DNA of 64,000 nucleotides from Octopus sinensis (taxonomy: Eukaryota): assembly GCF_006345805.1 (NCBI RefSeq), contig NC_043004.1:8866001-8930000 (forward strand). Direction: 5' to 3'. Numbering within the stretch: position 1 is the first letter of the stretch; the number at the start of each line of letters is the position of its first letter. Shown here piece after piece: positions 10,617 to 23,827 of the stretch. The notes under the pieces were generated by a model. The model made no database searches and was not told the origin of the DNA. It saw nothing but the letters and a program-made list of their open reading frames with translations. The translations under genes and the position numbers were made by a program.

Positions 10617-12358
10617 ATAGAAGCAAAAAGGAAATGACACTTACTGACCAAAGACAAAAAAAAATCGTTATACAGTGTTATTGCTAATTGCATATATAGG
10701 CAACCCACCTACCTGCAGAGCTGCCACCTAGATTTGATCAGAGCACTCCACAACTGAGATCATGCTCCGTTACTATGTACTCTTAATGTACTCAAAATGT
10801 TTAGTTCTGAGTCACTCAAGTGTTAGAGTGGACTAAAGACAACTGTCGTCTCCTGGTAGACTCTTACGTATTTGTCGGTCCTTGCATGTTCCACACAGCC
10901 AAAGCCTTGCCACATTGTCTTCTTTTCTATAGTTTTCCTCTGTGTTCATTCAAATCGTCCATTTCACCTTCGTCAGCCATTCATAGGTCTGTGAACTTGA
11001 GAGACGGGCTTCTGTTTGCCTGTCTTCATGGTTTTCTACTTGGATTTATTATTTGTGTGTGTGTATGTGTTTCTCTCTCCCACCGCTGTCCATCCTACAT
11101 CGCGCCCCACCATCATCACAAGACGACAAAACGATAGGGAGGTTCTGTTGTTGTGACCAGAGACAAGGGATTCTTGTTATCGGCTACGGACATTGAGAGC
11201 ACAATGATTTCTTTTATTATCCCCGAATCTCCGACTGGTGGTACTCTGAGAACAGTCGCTTCGGAGGTCTGCAATTATGGTTGTCTGCCTCTACTCTTGC
11301 CCAGCCCTTTCAACCAGAAAACCCTTAAGTTACGTTTCTTGTCACCACTGAATTTTCAACCGGCGCCGTTTGTCTTATTGTCCCAGTTTCTGCACCATCA
11401 ATGGGTTGCAGATCCAGGACAGTTAACCGTTCTATTCAAAATAGTACTGCATTAGCGCAGATATTTGACTGAGGGCTTGTGTATTATTAACTGAAGCGTG
11501 AAATTTCTTCTCCAGACATCTTTTAAAGTATGGAAACGCATATCTTGGCAAATCCTCTTAATCTTGATTTAACTGAAATCTGTTCAGAATTGTGACTTTT
11601 AACGACACTGAATATCTTTATGCACCTCTAACTCATTTCTACATTGTCTTGCTGAATTGCTGGGGAAATTTATGGCCATTTAAAGAAATACTCTTCGGTT
11701 TCATATGATTTCGAGTTAAGTATAACAGTTTGTATGATTTCAGGTTTAAACGTAACGCGAAATCTTGCAATTTTCTCTTCGATTGACGCCTCTCAGACTT
11801 TATTTGATGAATGACATCATGATTCGTTTTGTAAGGGCAACACCAAGTGGAGCTGTTCGAAACCACACGGATGTTTTCCATATATTTCAAGACCAATCAA
11901 AGTTACTCATAGTCGCATCAAAATCACTCGTTCTGTCTTTGTCTTTCTTAACTTAGAAAGTATCCCTGCTGACCAGGAACTTTCTCTTGCTATGTATGTT
12001 GCTCTTCATTGACAAACAGATCATCGTTATGTGTTGGTTGTGTTTAATTTGGCGAACTGAATAACTTTTATATGGAAATTGTGATTTACAGCAGGGTCAT
12101 ATTCACTGAAATGGGAGCTGATACATCTGACGATGTTTTTCTTTTTGATGTCATGATTCCTTCGTGGTTTGTGTCGTTCTCAAGATTCTCCGATCCATAA
12201 TGCTTTATACCAACATTCTCTCGAAGATCGTTTTATTAACACTTCCTAAACCACTTTGATAAATTCATATTTTTTGTATTCTTGAATTTGGATTCTTGTT
12301 TTTTTTTTCTTGTATCACTAAAAGACTCGTGACCGCCTCCTATGTCTGAATCTCGCTG

Positions 12359-12426
12359 GTCGCACTTTGATGGGAATATCTAACATTCAAGATGGTTTCA
12401 GTCGCACTAAAGTGTAGGTCAGCGAG
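12359..12426 (+). repeat. 68-bp direct repeat, left copy
   Basis: 67/68 identical to 15943-16010; abuts the LTR terminus. Confidence 0.95.
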
Positions 12427-12700
12427 TGTGGTGTGTGCGCGATTCGAATATAAAGGCACCTACCTTCTCTTCCTCGTGATGGAGACCCTTAAGTGGTAAC
12501 TAATCCTTCGACACAGCCCCGACCCGAACACTAAAGATAGCAGCTGCTGCACCCAAACATTAGCGACGTCTTGACACCTCGACGACCCACGTTGGAAAGG
12601 CCGAATCACCGGTCTGCGCGCGCCTGCCGGCTGCCCCCTTCCGCTCAGCCCCAACTTCCGGTCAACTCACCCAGCTGCTGACGTCATCACACACGCCACC
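12427..12700 (-). repeat. 3' LTR of the Gypsy element (~274 bp)
   Basis: Lies directly after the integrase stop; inverted termini tgtggtgtgtg / cacacgccac. No second LTR is present. Confidence 0.7.
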
Positions 12701-15700
12701 CTGATCTTAAAGATCACAATCTCTCTGCTCCATGTCGTAGTCCACCATCCAACCGGGAGAGCGCCTTGCGCGTCGAGATCTTCTCAAGCTGGGCACCTCG
12801 TTCTCCCCCTCTCCAGAATCGTCGTCAGTCGAAGCGACAATCCTGCGAAGGTCCAAGGCGTGTCGTGGCATTCCATCTACGGATACGTTGTTTCTGGAAT
12901 TGACCGCCGTCACCGTTCCTCTGCTCCATTGAGACGTACAGCGCGCCTTTGGTGGCTTGACCCAGACTTCCTCCCCTATTTTCACGCGAACGGATCCCTT
13001 CTCTTCCTTGTGACCCTCCGGCGCTTTTCTCGGGTGCCTCCATTCATATTTGAACACAGCTCTCTGCGGCACAGATTCCTCAGCTTGTCCGGATCGGGGA
13101 GACAAGTTGTACCAAAAAACTGCTTCAAGCGGCGAAATGTGCCCTCTTTCCGCTATGGCCTTGACTGTCCGATGGTGCCTCTCCACGATCCCTTTACCGC
13201 TCGGCCTATACGCTGCTCTGAACAAGCGACGCACATTTCACCGATCAAGCATAACCCTCAATGCTTCCGAACGAAACGCCGCTCCATTGTCCATCAGTAG
13301 TTCTTCCACGGGACCTTTCTCTAAAAATATGCCGTTCAGGATCTGCGCGATCTCGTCAGCAATGCCCAATGCCCGATCTCAACTCCCTCCAAATGGCCAG
13401 CCGGCCCGGCCCGCAGTCGACCATGGAGAGGTACATTCGCTGACGGTTGTGTGTCACATCCACAGCTAGCCTTTTCCAGTTCTGCTCCACGGAAAGGCTT
13501 CCCTGTTCATGCCCACACGGAGCAGGGTCGATGGACTGACACCTGTCGCAGCTCCCGACCACCTTCTGGATGCTTCTCCTAGTGACGTCAGCATCAGTTT
13601 TCTTCGCCAGATACAGGGTCCTGTCCACACCCAGGTGATGCATAGCATGCAGTTTCTTCAGTTCAGAGTCATCCAACCGACACGCCGCAGCTACCCCTTT
13701 CCGGGCCTCCTCCGCTTCTTCCAACCATGCTCTTTTCCTCCTGGTCAGTACGTCCGTCCTGTTTTTCTCCGAAGGCACGAAAACCACGTTCAGCTTCAGT
13801 TCGAACTCGGCGATCAATTCACCTAGAACTCCTAGACGGCGCTTCACTAACATCTCCGCAGCATCTTTCGTCCGCACTCTCCTTTCACCGGTGATCACCG
13901 ATCCTACCCAGCCAAGCACAGTGGCCGAATCCGTCCGGATTTCAATTGTGCGCAGCCCCCATTTCAAGGCCAAGTTCACCCCTTTCAGCACCGCGTCTAG
14001 TTCGGCGACATTGATGTGGTTGAAGCCAGGCCGCGTCCTCCACCGCAGCGCCTTCAATTGCCAACACCACCCCTATCGCTATACTGCTAGCATCACACCA
14101 GACGGTCCCCCATTCCGTCTTGGGCACGTACCAGTTCCCCCTGACCGGGTCTTCCGCTCCCGTCCTCTCTAGGATTTCCTGCATCATCGCCACCGTCCCT
14201 TCTCCCACCTTGTCGCCCCAACTCTCCCCTTCTGCTCGTCTCTTGGTGTAACTACACGCCGTGCGCAGCCATCCAGCGATCGGGTAGTGACCGACCAACT
14301 TCCCACACACCGAGAACAGCTCTCTCCTGCTGACGCTGGAACTCAGCTCTGGGATTTCATTTCCTCTCCGGAACACCAATTCACCCGATCCATCTCTTCG
14401 CAGCTTCAGCCCCAGCGCGGCTCCCCCTTCAATCGACTCCGGTGGCTTAGCAATCAGTCCGAACTTCTCCAGATGTCTAACTACCTCGTCGGCTGGCACT
14501 ACAGTTTCGTCCACCAAAATGTCGTCAATGTAGGAGCTGGTGGCCTTTCTAATCTTGCCATCTTTTCCTAGGACGGACCTAAACACTGCCGCCATGATCT
14601 TCGGATCGGAATTCAGCCCGAAACCCAACCTGGTTAAACAGTACGTCCGGCCCTTGTACCGCACCAGCTGATATCTCCACAGTTTGTCGCTCACATGGAG
14701 CTGCAAGTATGCCGATTTCAAGTCGACAATCGTCGCTGCCTCGGTCGACTGTCTCCACTTACGTAACGTCTCGCCACAAACGTCTGTCGCCTCACCTCCC
14801 TTGTGACACGATATGTGCTGGTTTAGCTCCCTGAAGTCCAGCACCGGTCTGACTTTTCCCTTCGTAGGCCGCCATCAGGGGTAGCACTCCGCCCGCTACC
14901 TCCTCCTTCCAAGGGGCAAGGACCCCTTCCTCGATCCACCTTTCCACCTCGTCTTCAAACTCGACCCTGGCGTGGCCTTTCAGGGTATGCTGGTAACAGC
15001 TCACCCTGTTTTCCAGCGTCGGGGGCTCGTCCTACCATCGCCACTCTATCGTCCACCGCTGATCATCGAACGCCGCCTGAAAGTCTTTGTCCTCGATGGT
15101 GTAAGCGGCACAGTCCCTCGCGGGACTCTGCTCTCTCTGGCAATCCTGACTCGCAGTGCACGACGCCCCCACGCTTCCGAACGTGACCTCATTTCCCACA
15201 ACACTGACGCCACCGAGGCAGTTGATGGCGTTCATCCCCATCACCACATCAACTCCATCTATCACGCGTTCGGTCACAATTGCCTGCAGCCTTAGCGTCG
15301 CGCCGCACACCACTATCTCTACCTTGCTGCTGCCTCTGCAACGGATTTCACTGCTGTCGACCGCCCGGACACTACTCACCCCGTTCCATTCCTTCGTCAC
15401 CCTCGATGTCACAAGGGTAGTCGTACAGCCCGTATCCACGAGGGCCTTGAACGTCTTCCCCTCGGCCTCCACGTCAATCAATGGCAGCGTCTCCAATAGC
15501 GCCTCTACTCGTTTGCGGGTAGTTCGAGAGGCAGCAACTTCCCCGCGGTCGTTTCCCTGGTCGCAATCACGGGCAATGTGCCCTGTCTGCCTGCATCGAT
15601 AGCAAACGGGCCCCGGCTGCGTACAGTCCCGCGCCATGTGCAGTCCCTGGCATCTAAAACACCGTCCTGAGAACGGTCGCTCTCGTTGCATGGTAAGCTT

Positions 15701-15942
15701 CTGTACGTCTCTCCGGTCGTCGTCCGTCTTTACGCGCCTCCGTCACCGCCATCGCTATCGCCTTCTGCCCAGAGTGTCGCGTCAACACGCGGGCCTGAGC
15801 CACAAGTTCGCTCAGCGCCATCTTTTTAATCCCGGGCAATCATTGTAGGTGAATCCGTACATCGTCGGGGAACCCATTCACAAACGCCAGCCGGGCTGCT
15901 CTCTCCAGCCCTTCTCCCGCAAACCCAGCCAGAGTCGCTAAC
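12427..15942 (-). mobile_element. 5'-truncated Ty3/Gypsy LTR retrotransposon (gag-PR-RT-RNaseH-IN, frameshifted)
   Basis: Two zinc knuckles (CFRCQGLHMARDC, CYRCRQTGHIARDC), protease ALVDTGC, RT YIDD, RNase H WCDAS/NVAELDA/TDS, integrase HHCC (HAMHH...CDRC) and SGKGIVERHHRT; PR-RT-RH-IN order. GC-rich relative to the flanks. Confidence 0.95.
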
Positions 15943-16010
15943 GTCGCACTTTGATGGGAATATCTAACATTCAAGATGGTTTTAGTCGCACTAAAGTGTA
16001 GGTCAGCGAG
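15943..16010 (+). repeat. 68-bp direct repeat, right copy
   Basis: 67/68 identical to 12359-12426; abuts the truncation point in gag. Confidence 0.95.
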
Positions 16011-16336
16011 ATACTTTCTCTCATATAAATGTGTGTGTGTGGGTCAACCTTGTAATAGCTGTGTTTAGATTTCAGCCAGTTATTTGCCTGTTTGTCTGTC
16101 TGTCTGTGTGTCTCTCTTTGTAATATATACATGTCTACTTATTTTGTCAGCAGCATAGTTTATCTGACAAATCTGAAATGAACACCTAACTTGGTGGTGG
16201 GCACGGTTGACAGTTCTTGACAGGAACCACGTCACATATTTCAGGCGGTCTCAGCAGACAAAAATAGTACACAAAAACAGTCGCTTCCGGGGCAGCAAAA
16301 ATTATACACATACATGCATGCATGCATACATATATA

Positions 16337-16390
<54 letters not shown>

Positions 16391-16548
16391 CAAACATATA
16401 TACATGCATATATATATATATACAAAAATATGTATACATACATACATATATATATTCATGCAAGTATGTGTATATATATATACATATATAAATATATATA
16501 TTTATTTATATATATACAAGTATGTATGTATGTATGTATGTATGTATG

Positions 16549-16582
<34 letters not shown>

Positions 16583-16736
16583 ATATCATCTGTGTATGTG
16601 TGTGTGTGTGTGTATTGCAAAAAACACCGTTTGGATTTAGCAAAAGATGAATAGATAGATATAAATGAACCAGGTAGGAAGGAAATGGAATAGAGAGAGG
16701 CAGTAAAGGAAATTGTGTGTTCGTGTATGTGTGTGC

Positions 16737-16777
<41 letters not shown>

Positions 16778-17447
16778 CACACACGCTCACAGTCATTTTC
16801 TCCATTGTATTGTCCTTATGTAGACGTATGCACACAGAGACACACAACACAAATACACATCCTTAAACAGAAGAAAACAAATTTAGTTCCAATGTTGTTA
16901 TGATTCTATGTGTCGTATAATCCCTAATGTACCACCTCTGAACTGCTGAGATAATAATAATGGTGGTTCCTTGGTACCAATTCCACAGATAGCATCTCTC
17001 AGATGCTAAAGATGCTATCTGTCATTAAATTATGTCGTTTGTTAAAATTTCATGTGTCAGATACAAGAAAATGACATTAGAGACAGATTCTTTTAGGCGG
17101 GCAGTGGGACACATCCATACAGACATACATACATACATACATGTAAATATATATATGTATATAAATACGCGTGTAATATGTATACTTATGTATATCTATA
17201 TACATATGTATATGACTGTGTGTCAATTTATCTACCTGCCAATCTCTCTTTCTCACTCTCTTTCCCTTTGTCTTTCCATTTTTTGTATTCGTATCACATT
17301 CATCGTAAAATCCTGACAGTCTGTTATTAAACAAAAGACAATGGTAATGTTTGTCATCCGGCGCCCTTGTGCCAATATTAGCACCAGTAATACCGGTCTG
17401 CTGCGCTATTTTGCAAACTAGAGAAAATCGCTCTTTCTCTCCGTTTT

Positions 17448-17566
<119 letters not shown>

Positions 17567-17599
17567 TATATATATCAATAATAATAATAAATAATAATA

Positions 17600-17830
17600 A
17601 AGGGTAAAATTAATTAATCAATTAATAATTAATAATTTTACCAAGTAGTTCACTTTGTTTAAAGAACCATTATAGCTAACCTAATACAAATTTTTTTTAT
17701 AATTATGAGTATAATTATAATTAGGGTTCAGCAAAAAATTTGCTTCACCATATACCGAAAATTTGAAATAGCAGTAAAAAATAGCTATTTCTCTACCATT
17801 AGAAAATCTCCCAGACAACAAGTTTACCGA
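17600..17830. repeat. diverged partial copy of the 544-bp family
   Basis: agggtaaaattaattaat...ccaagt..ttca...gaaatagc...gctatttc shared with 34516-34990 and the 47.8-51.4 kb array. Confidence 0.6.
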
Positions 17831-17852
17831 TAAAAATGTTTTGTTATATATA

Positions 17853-18202
17853 GGCGCAGGAGTGGCTGTGTGGTAAGTAGCTTGTTTACCAACCACATGG
17901 TTCCGGGTTTACCTTGGGCAGGTGTCTTCTACTAAAAGCCTTGTGAGTGGATTTGGTAGGCGGAAACTGAAAGAAGCCCGTCGTATATATGTATATATAT
18001 ATATGCGTGTGTGTGTTTGTCCCCCTAGCATTGCTTGACAACCGATGCTGGTGTGTTTATGTCCCCGTTACTTAGCGGTTCGGCAAAAGAGACCGATAGA
18101 ATAAGTACTGGGCTTACAAAAGAATAAGTCCCGGGGTCGAGTTGCTCGATTAAAGACGGTGCTCCAGCATGGCCGCAGTCAAATGACTGAAACAAGTAAA
18201 AG
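17853..18202 (+). mobile_element. tRNA-derived SINE family A
   Basis: ggcgcaggagtggctgtgtggtaag head through gactgaaacaagtaaaaga tail; has internal deletions. Confidence 0.85.
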
Positions 18203-18253
<51 letters not shown>

Positions 18254-18409
18254 CACACACATAATATAACTGTCTGCCCGTTGGTTGGTTCATATATCTA
18301 AAATATATGTATATACTTACATTTGTAATGCATTTATGTTTGCCTGTATATGTATGTGTGTGTGTGTGTTTGTGTTTGTGTGTGTGTGGTGTGTGTGTGT
18401 GTGTGCGTG

Positions 18410-18444
<35 letters not shown>

Positions 18445-19238
18445 ATGTGTGTGTTGTATGTGTGTTTAGTTATTTTGGTAAAACCGCAAATGTATTCTGT
18501 CATATAAAACATTTGGAATCAAGTTTCTATAATTTACCATATCACCGAATATCATTAAAGAAAATTGCAAAATTCTTCAGCGATACATACTCGGTATCGC
18601 GATATGCCATGAAAAGTTTTATTAATCCATTCATAGCCAAAGAATTTCTCTCATTATCTCTCTTTCTGATGTCTTCGACTTAGTGTACGAAGAAAACTTT
18701 ACAAATAAATACGCAAATCTCCTGATGAATCGCTCAAATTTCAAAATTGAGGTCCACTCTAGAGAATGACAACCGGAAATGACTCCCTTGGAATGTCTTT
18801 AAAATGCTTTTAATGTACAAGGTCACAGGGTTTTGTTTTTAGGCCTAGGGGTTGGTGGGGTGAAGTAGGAAAAGTCGATTAAATCGACCTCCCAATAACT
18901 GATTAAATCGATTTCCCAATAACTGATTCGTAATTATTTTAGCAGCAACCGAGAAGCATATTCAACCTCGGCAGGATTTCACTTCGTAATAAGGCTACGC
19001 GCGCGCACACACACACTTTATATGTGTATTTATATATTAATACACACACACACACGCACATGTCCGTACACTTTATATTTGTATATATATATGTATATGA
19101 ATATATGTATGTATATGTATATATATGCATGTGTATATGTATGTAAGTATATATGTAAGTATATATGTATGTATATATATATGTATATATATATATATGT
19201 ATATATACATATATATATATATGTAAGTATATATGTAT

Positions 19239-19274
<36 letters not shown>

Positions 19275-19309
19275 GTATATATCTATACGTATATATATAT
19301 ATATGTATG

Positions 19310-19456
19310 TATATAGTTGAAATTTACAGAAGAACAAAAGGCGAAGACAGGTGTATGAACAACAAGCAAGTGTATATGTTTGACGCTCAGGAAAGTGCGA
19401 AAGTGTCTTTAACGTTTCGAGCCTACGCTCTTCAACAGAGAGGAATAAGAGAAAAT

Positions 19457-19460
<4 letters not shown>
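19310..19460 (-). mobile_element. Penelope-like terminal fragment with degenerate hammerhead
   Basis: Minus strand CTGTTGA a gagc gtag gctc GAAA cg TT; abuts (TA)n; related to 46268-46470. Confidence 0.45.
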
Positions 19461-19513
<53 letters not shown>

Positions 19514-19864
19514 ATATATATATACACGCATATATATAGGTAAAATAACGAAATAATGGAGACGGAAAACTTGAAAAGGGGTAAGTTTGATGACCTTTTA
19601 TATTTCGGGTACAAAACCCATCATCAGAAGTGAGTAGAATAATGAAATATGAGCTTATACAGATCGTGTCATATTGATTATTGCGCGGGCAGTGACCCTG
19701 CAGTATCCGTTTCAGTGGTGATGGGTGAATGTATCAAAAGCACCCATTCTTCAAAGGTGCTGGCAGAGATTATGTTTAGGGGTGGTGGTGGTGGATGACA
19801 GTAGTCATTGCGAAGGCAATCGTCTACAATGACACTAATGGCAGTAATGGTAGTGGAAGTAGTG

Positions 19865-19895
<31 letters not shown>

Positions 19896-19959
19896 CAGCA
19901 GTAATCGATGCTAAGGAGGTGGCAGGCAATTGCAATAATTATTGTCGTAGTAGTAAGAA

Positions 19960-20570
19960 TTGGTATATGAAATCGTTGCACTTTAGATTTGTATCACTGA
20001 TGTGAAATTCACCACAGAATATCATAAGTTGTGGATGGAATTACTGGAGTATTTTCTTCGTTGACTGTGAATTCGTTTTGATTTTTCTTGGGATGATTCA
20101 ATGGCATTATGATGTGTTGGTGCGAAGATGATTATTCTAATGTGTTTTTTTAACTTTAGAACTTAATCAAAAGTAATCTGCAAGTTTAGAGGTCTATGCT
20201 AAAGCAGACGCCGATAGATGTGAGGAAACTTGAAGCTTCTTAGGAAAGCATCTTGAATCTGATTCATCCACGAACATCTTAAAAAAAACCATCGCTTGGT
20301 AGATGTAATCTTTCATGAGAGTTTGAAATTTTGAGGGCATCGATAAAGATTCGCACCAAGTTTCTACAGGTGACGAGAAAACATCTCATTCTTGTCTTTA
20401 TAAATAGTTTTTCATGAAGATCAATGGTCTTGTTGAATGGTTGACATTCACATATGATATCAAAGTCATTCGTCGAGATTAGTTTCGTAAGGCTTTCCAG
20501 CTTAGGAGGATTTAATTCTTTGATCGATGCAAAGAAGTTGAAAAGGGTCGGTACAAGTAAAGTCATTGCC
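19960..20570 (-). pseudogene. decayed APE-type endonuclease of a LINE (CR1/L2-like)
   Basis: Minus-strand fragments KLESLTKLISTNDFDIICE and IFCGEFHI resemble the APE motifs FDIICxxETW and GDFN; many stops. Confidence 0.4.
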
Positions 20571-20921
20571 TTAAGATATCAGTTGTGTCAGTGTAAACAT
20601 CGAGACCTTTTCTTTAGAGAGAGATATCGCTCTGTTTCTTTACTGCAGGATATTGTTGAATATAATAGATTAATGAAGATCAGAGAAACAAATAACACTC
20701 GGTGTAGATTATAATGAAGAAGAGGTTTGAAGAAATGTTACACAGTTATATAAATGTGCGGTGTAGGCTGAAACAGAAGAAAAGTGAGTTATTGACTGGA
20801 AATACAAAAGGAAACAACAGTCGGACATAGCAAATTATTGAAAGGAAACAATAGTAGGACACAATCAATATAGCAGTATTGAGTGTGTATAAATATATAT
20901 TATATATATATGTACATATTC

Positions 20922-20968
<47 letters not shown>

Positions 20969-21023
20969 TATGTTTATATATTTGTGCAAGATTTTTTATG
21001 TGAAGTCGTGTGTTGAAATAGAT

Positions 21024-21440
21024 ATTTTTATATTTCGGAATGGTCATTTTGCCAGTTTAGCCAATAAAAAAAAAACGCACTATATATTTGGTGTTATTTT
21101 GCTTCAGTGTTATTTATATTTTACATTAATCTTAATCTTATTTCGGCCAGAGTTCTTTCGTCACACTCCTGTGACCGCATCAGTGGTCCTTTGCTTTCTT
21201 CTTTCTTATATACAATAGAAATACAAAATGGCTGACGGTTAGTAAGGAGAGACACAAATAAGAAAGAAGAAAACAAAGGACCACTGATGCGGTCACAGGA
21301 GTGTGACGAAAGAACTCTGGCCGAAATAAGATTAAGATTAATGTAAAAAATAAATAACACTGAAGCAAAATAACACCAAATATATAGTGCGTGTGTTTTT
21401 ATTGGCAAAACTGGCAAAATGACCATTCGGAAATATAACA

Positions 21441-21443
<3 letters not shown>
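21024..21443. repeat. fold-back element, ~185-bp arms and ~48-nt spacer, hammerhead-like motif in each arm
   Basis: 21024-21209 is a high-identity reverse complement of 21258-21443. Motif cca CTGATGC g gtcaca ggag tgtgac GAAA gaac TC tgg at 21281-21320 (+) and 21147-21186 (-). Confidence 0.85.
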
Positions 21444-21490
<47 letters not shown>

Positions 21491-21591
21491 ATTTATATAT
21501 GTGTATATATAAAGAAGTATTATTACTGTTATTTATAGTAATAATAAGGTCGCTAGCAAGTTCACACCTTTACAGGCACATTGTAAAGTAA

Positions 21592-21834
21592 ATTAAGATT
21601 CAGTAGGACGTCTAATACCATTTACAAAATCAGAGCCATTGCTCCAAAAACCACCATAAAACTTACAAGCAATGCAATGAACATATGAGAAATATACATT
21701 ACTTATTGATGTATTCAAGCAAAGGTAAGCCTATTTCTCATATGTTCATTGCATTGCTTATAAGTTTTATGGTGGTTTTTCGAGCAATGGCTCCGATTTT
21801 GCTAATGGTATTATATACCCTACTGAATCTTAAT
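21592..21834. repeat. fold-back/MITE, ~103-bp arms and 37-nt spacer
   Basis: 21592-21694 is the reverse complement of 21732-21834 with a few mismatches. Confidence 0.85.
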
Positions 21835-21863
21835 ATATATATATATATATATACATAGATATA

Positions 21864-23045
21864 GAGTGCATAAAGTATTTGAGGACACCTTTTTGGGGGC
21901 ATTGCTGTATTTTTTGCTAACTCTGTATAATCTTTGTTTCAGAAAATAGTAATGGCAGACCCTCAGCTTACTCAAGAAATGAAGAGGTATGCTGTTATTG
22001 TGGTTATAAAGGTTGAGCATAGTGCTTTGAAAATATCTCGGTTTTTAAAAGTTGCTATATCTTTCGTCTACAAAGTTTGTAAGGAGTTAGAGACTGAAGA
22101 TGGAAATATATCACCAGTATCAAAGCATAAAAAGCATTTCAAATGCTCTGAAATCATCAGAATACCTGAATTTATCCAAGTTCAACAGACCATTGATTAC
22201 AATCCCAGAAAGAGCATGAGGTCAATTGCAAAAACTGTCCATGTGTCAGAAGAAACAGTCAGAAATGTTATCCACAAAGACATCAAATCTATGATGAAGA
22301 AAGGTCAGAAAAAGCAATAGAAAATCCCTACATCAGATCTAAAAGGCTCTTAAACAAACTGAAAAATCCCGCAGAAGATTTGATTTGGTTTTTCTCAAAC
22401 GAGAAAATCTTCCACCACGATCAAAAAAGAGTTAACAGAAGAAATGACAGATGGTTATGTGCAGACCCTTCTGAAGTTCCAAGTATTATGCATACCAAAT
22501 TTCCTGCAACAGTCATAGTTTTAGGGGTTGTGATGCCTCCTTCTTTCTTTCCACAAGGTCTTAGAGTTAACTCTGTCGCCTACATTGAGGTCCTGGAAAT
22601 GGTTGTTAAGCCCTGGATAGACAGTGTATCCAATGGGAGGCCATATGTGTTTCAGCAAGACTCTGCATTACCACACATGGTTCTAGTAAAACAGGAATGG
22701 GTGGTTGAAAATGTTCATGGTCACATAACTCCTAACATTTGGCCTTCTAATTCCCCAGATCTCAATCCATTGGACTATTTACATGTGAAGCGTTGTTGAG
22801 AGAGGGGTCAATGAACACACCCACAACACCAAAGATTCTTTGAAAGCTGCCATAAACAAAATAATGTCCAAAATGAACCAGGACCACTTGATTCGAGCTC
22901 GTCGATGATTTAGATCTCATATAAAAGCAGTTGTTGAAGCTGAAGGTGGCTTTATTGAATAACATTATAGAAAAGAAGGTTTATTTTTTATCCTCATAGC
23001 ATTTTTTGATAAATAATGTTATCTGTCCTCAAATATCTTACGAAC

Positions 23046-23049
<4 letters not shown>
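21864..23049 (+). mobile_element. Tc1/mariner DD37D (maT-like) transposon relic
   Basis: HTH region followed by WFFSNEKIF, VFQQDSA, WPSNSPDLNPLDY; imperfect TIRs gagtgcataaagtatttgaggaca / tgtcctcaaatatcttacgaacactg. Confidence 0.85.
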
Positions 23050-23115
<66 letters not shown>

Positions 23116-23502
23116 CATATATATATACGTGCCTGTGTATGTATGTTTATCTCTGAATCATACACACACACACGCACACACATCTACCCCAGTGCCAAAC
23201 CACAATTAAGGAATTATTTTATTAGAGTCGTCTAGTGCCAGAGAAGAATTATTCCAGTGCCAACCGGTTTACTGCAACCAGTTTACTTTGCAAACTTCCA
23301 AACAAGACGACATTTTGCTCCCACATGTTCGCAAGAATCTGACTCTGGTATTTTGACAGAGGTCACTTGAGTACGTCTTACTTCACACACATCTCCATCA
23401 ATGTTTACATTATAACATAAAATGATCATTCCGTTTGCTGTTATTTTGTTTTCATCTTGATGATGGTGGTGGTGGTGGTGGTGCTGGTGGTGCTGGTGGT
23501 GG

Positions 23503-23533
<31 letters not shown>

Positions 23534-23727
23534 GCTGGTGATGACGATGAAGATGAGGAGGATGTTCAAACTGGATTTGTTCGTTCAGCTTCCTACCCGT
23601 TGCATAAATTGTCTAGAATTCGTCAGACAATTTCAGATGAAATCTAGACCTTTACATATTTGGACGTTTGTATTTATTTATTTTATGTATGTACACACAC
23701 ACACACACACATACACACACGCACTCA

Positions 23728-23791
<64 letters not shown>

Positions 23792-23827
23792 CGTATGTAC
23801 GCTACGCATGTACGTATGTATGTATAA

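Noticed and set aside
12860-15848. + strand ORFs of 94-148 aa over the Gypsy element
   Set aside because: Antisense shadows of the GC-rich pol and gag genes.
19590-19632. Hammerhead-like CTGATGA t gggt..accc GAAA on the minus strand
   Set aside because: Stems I and III are too short or unpaired to call.
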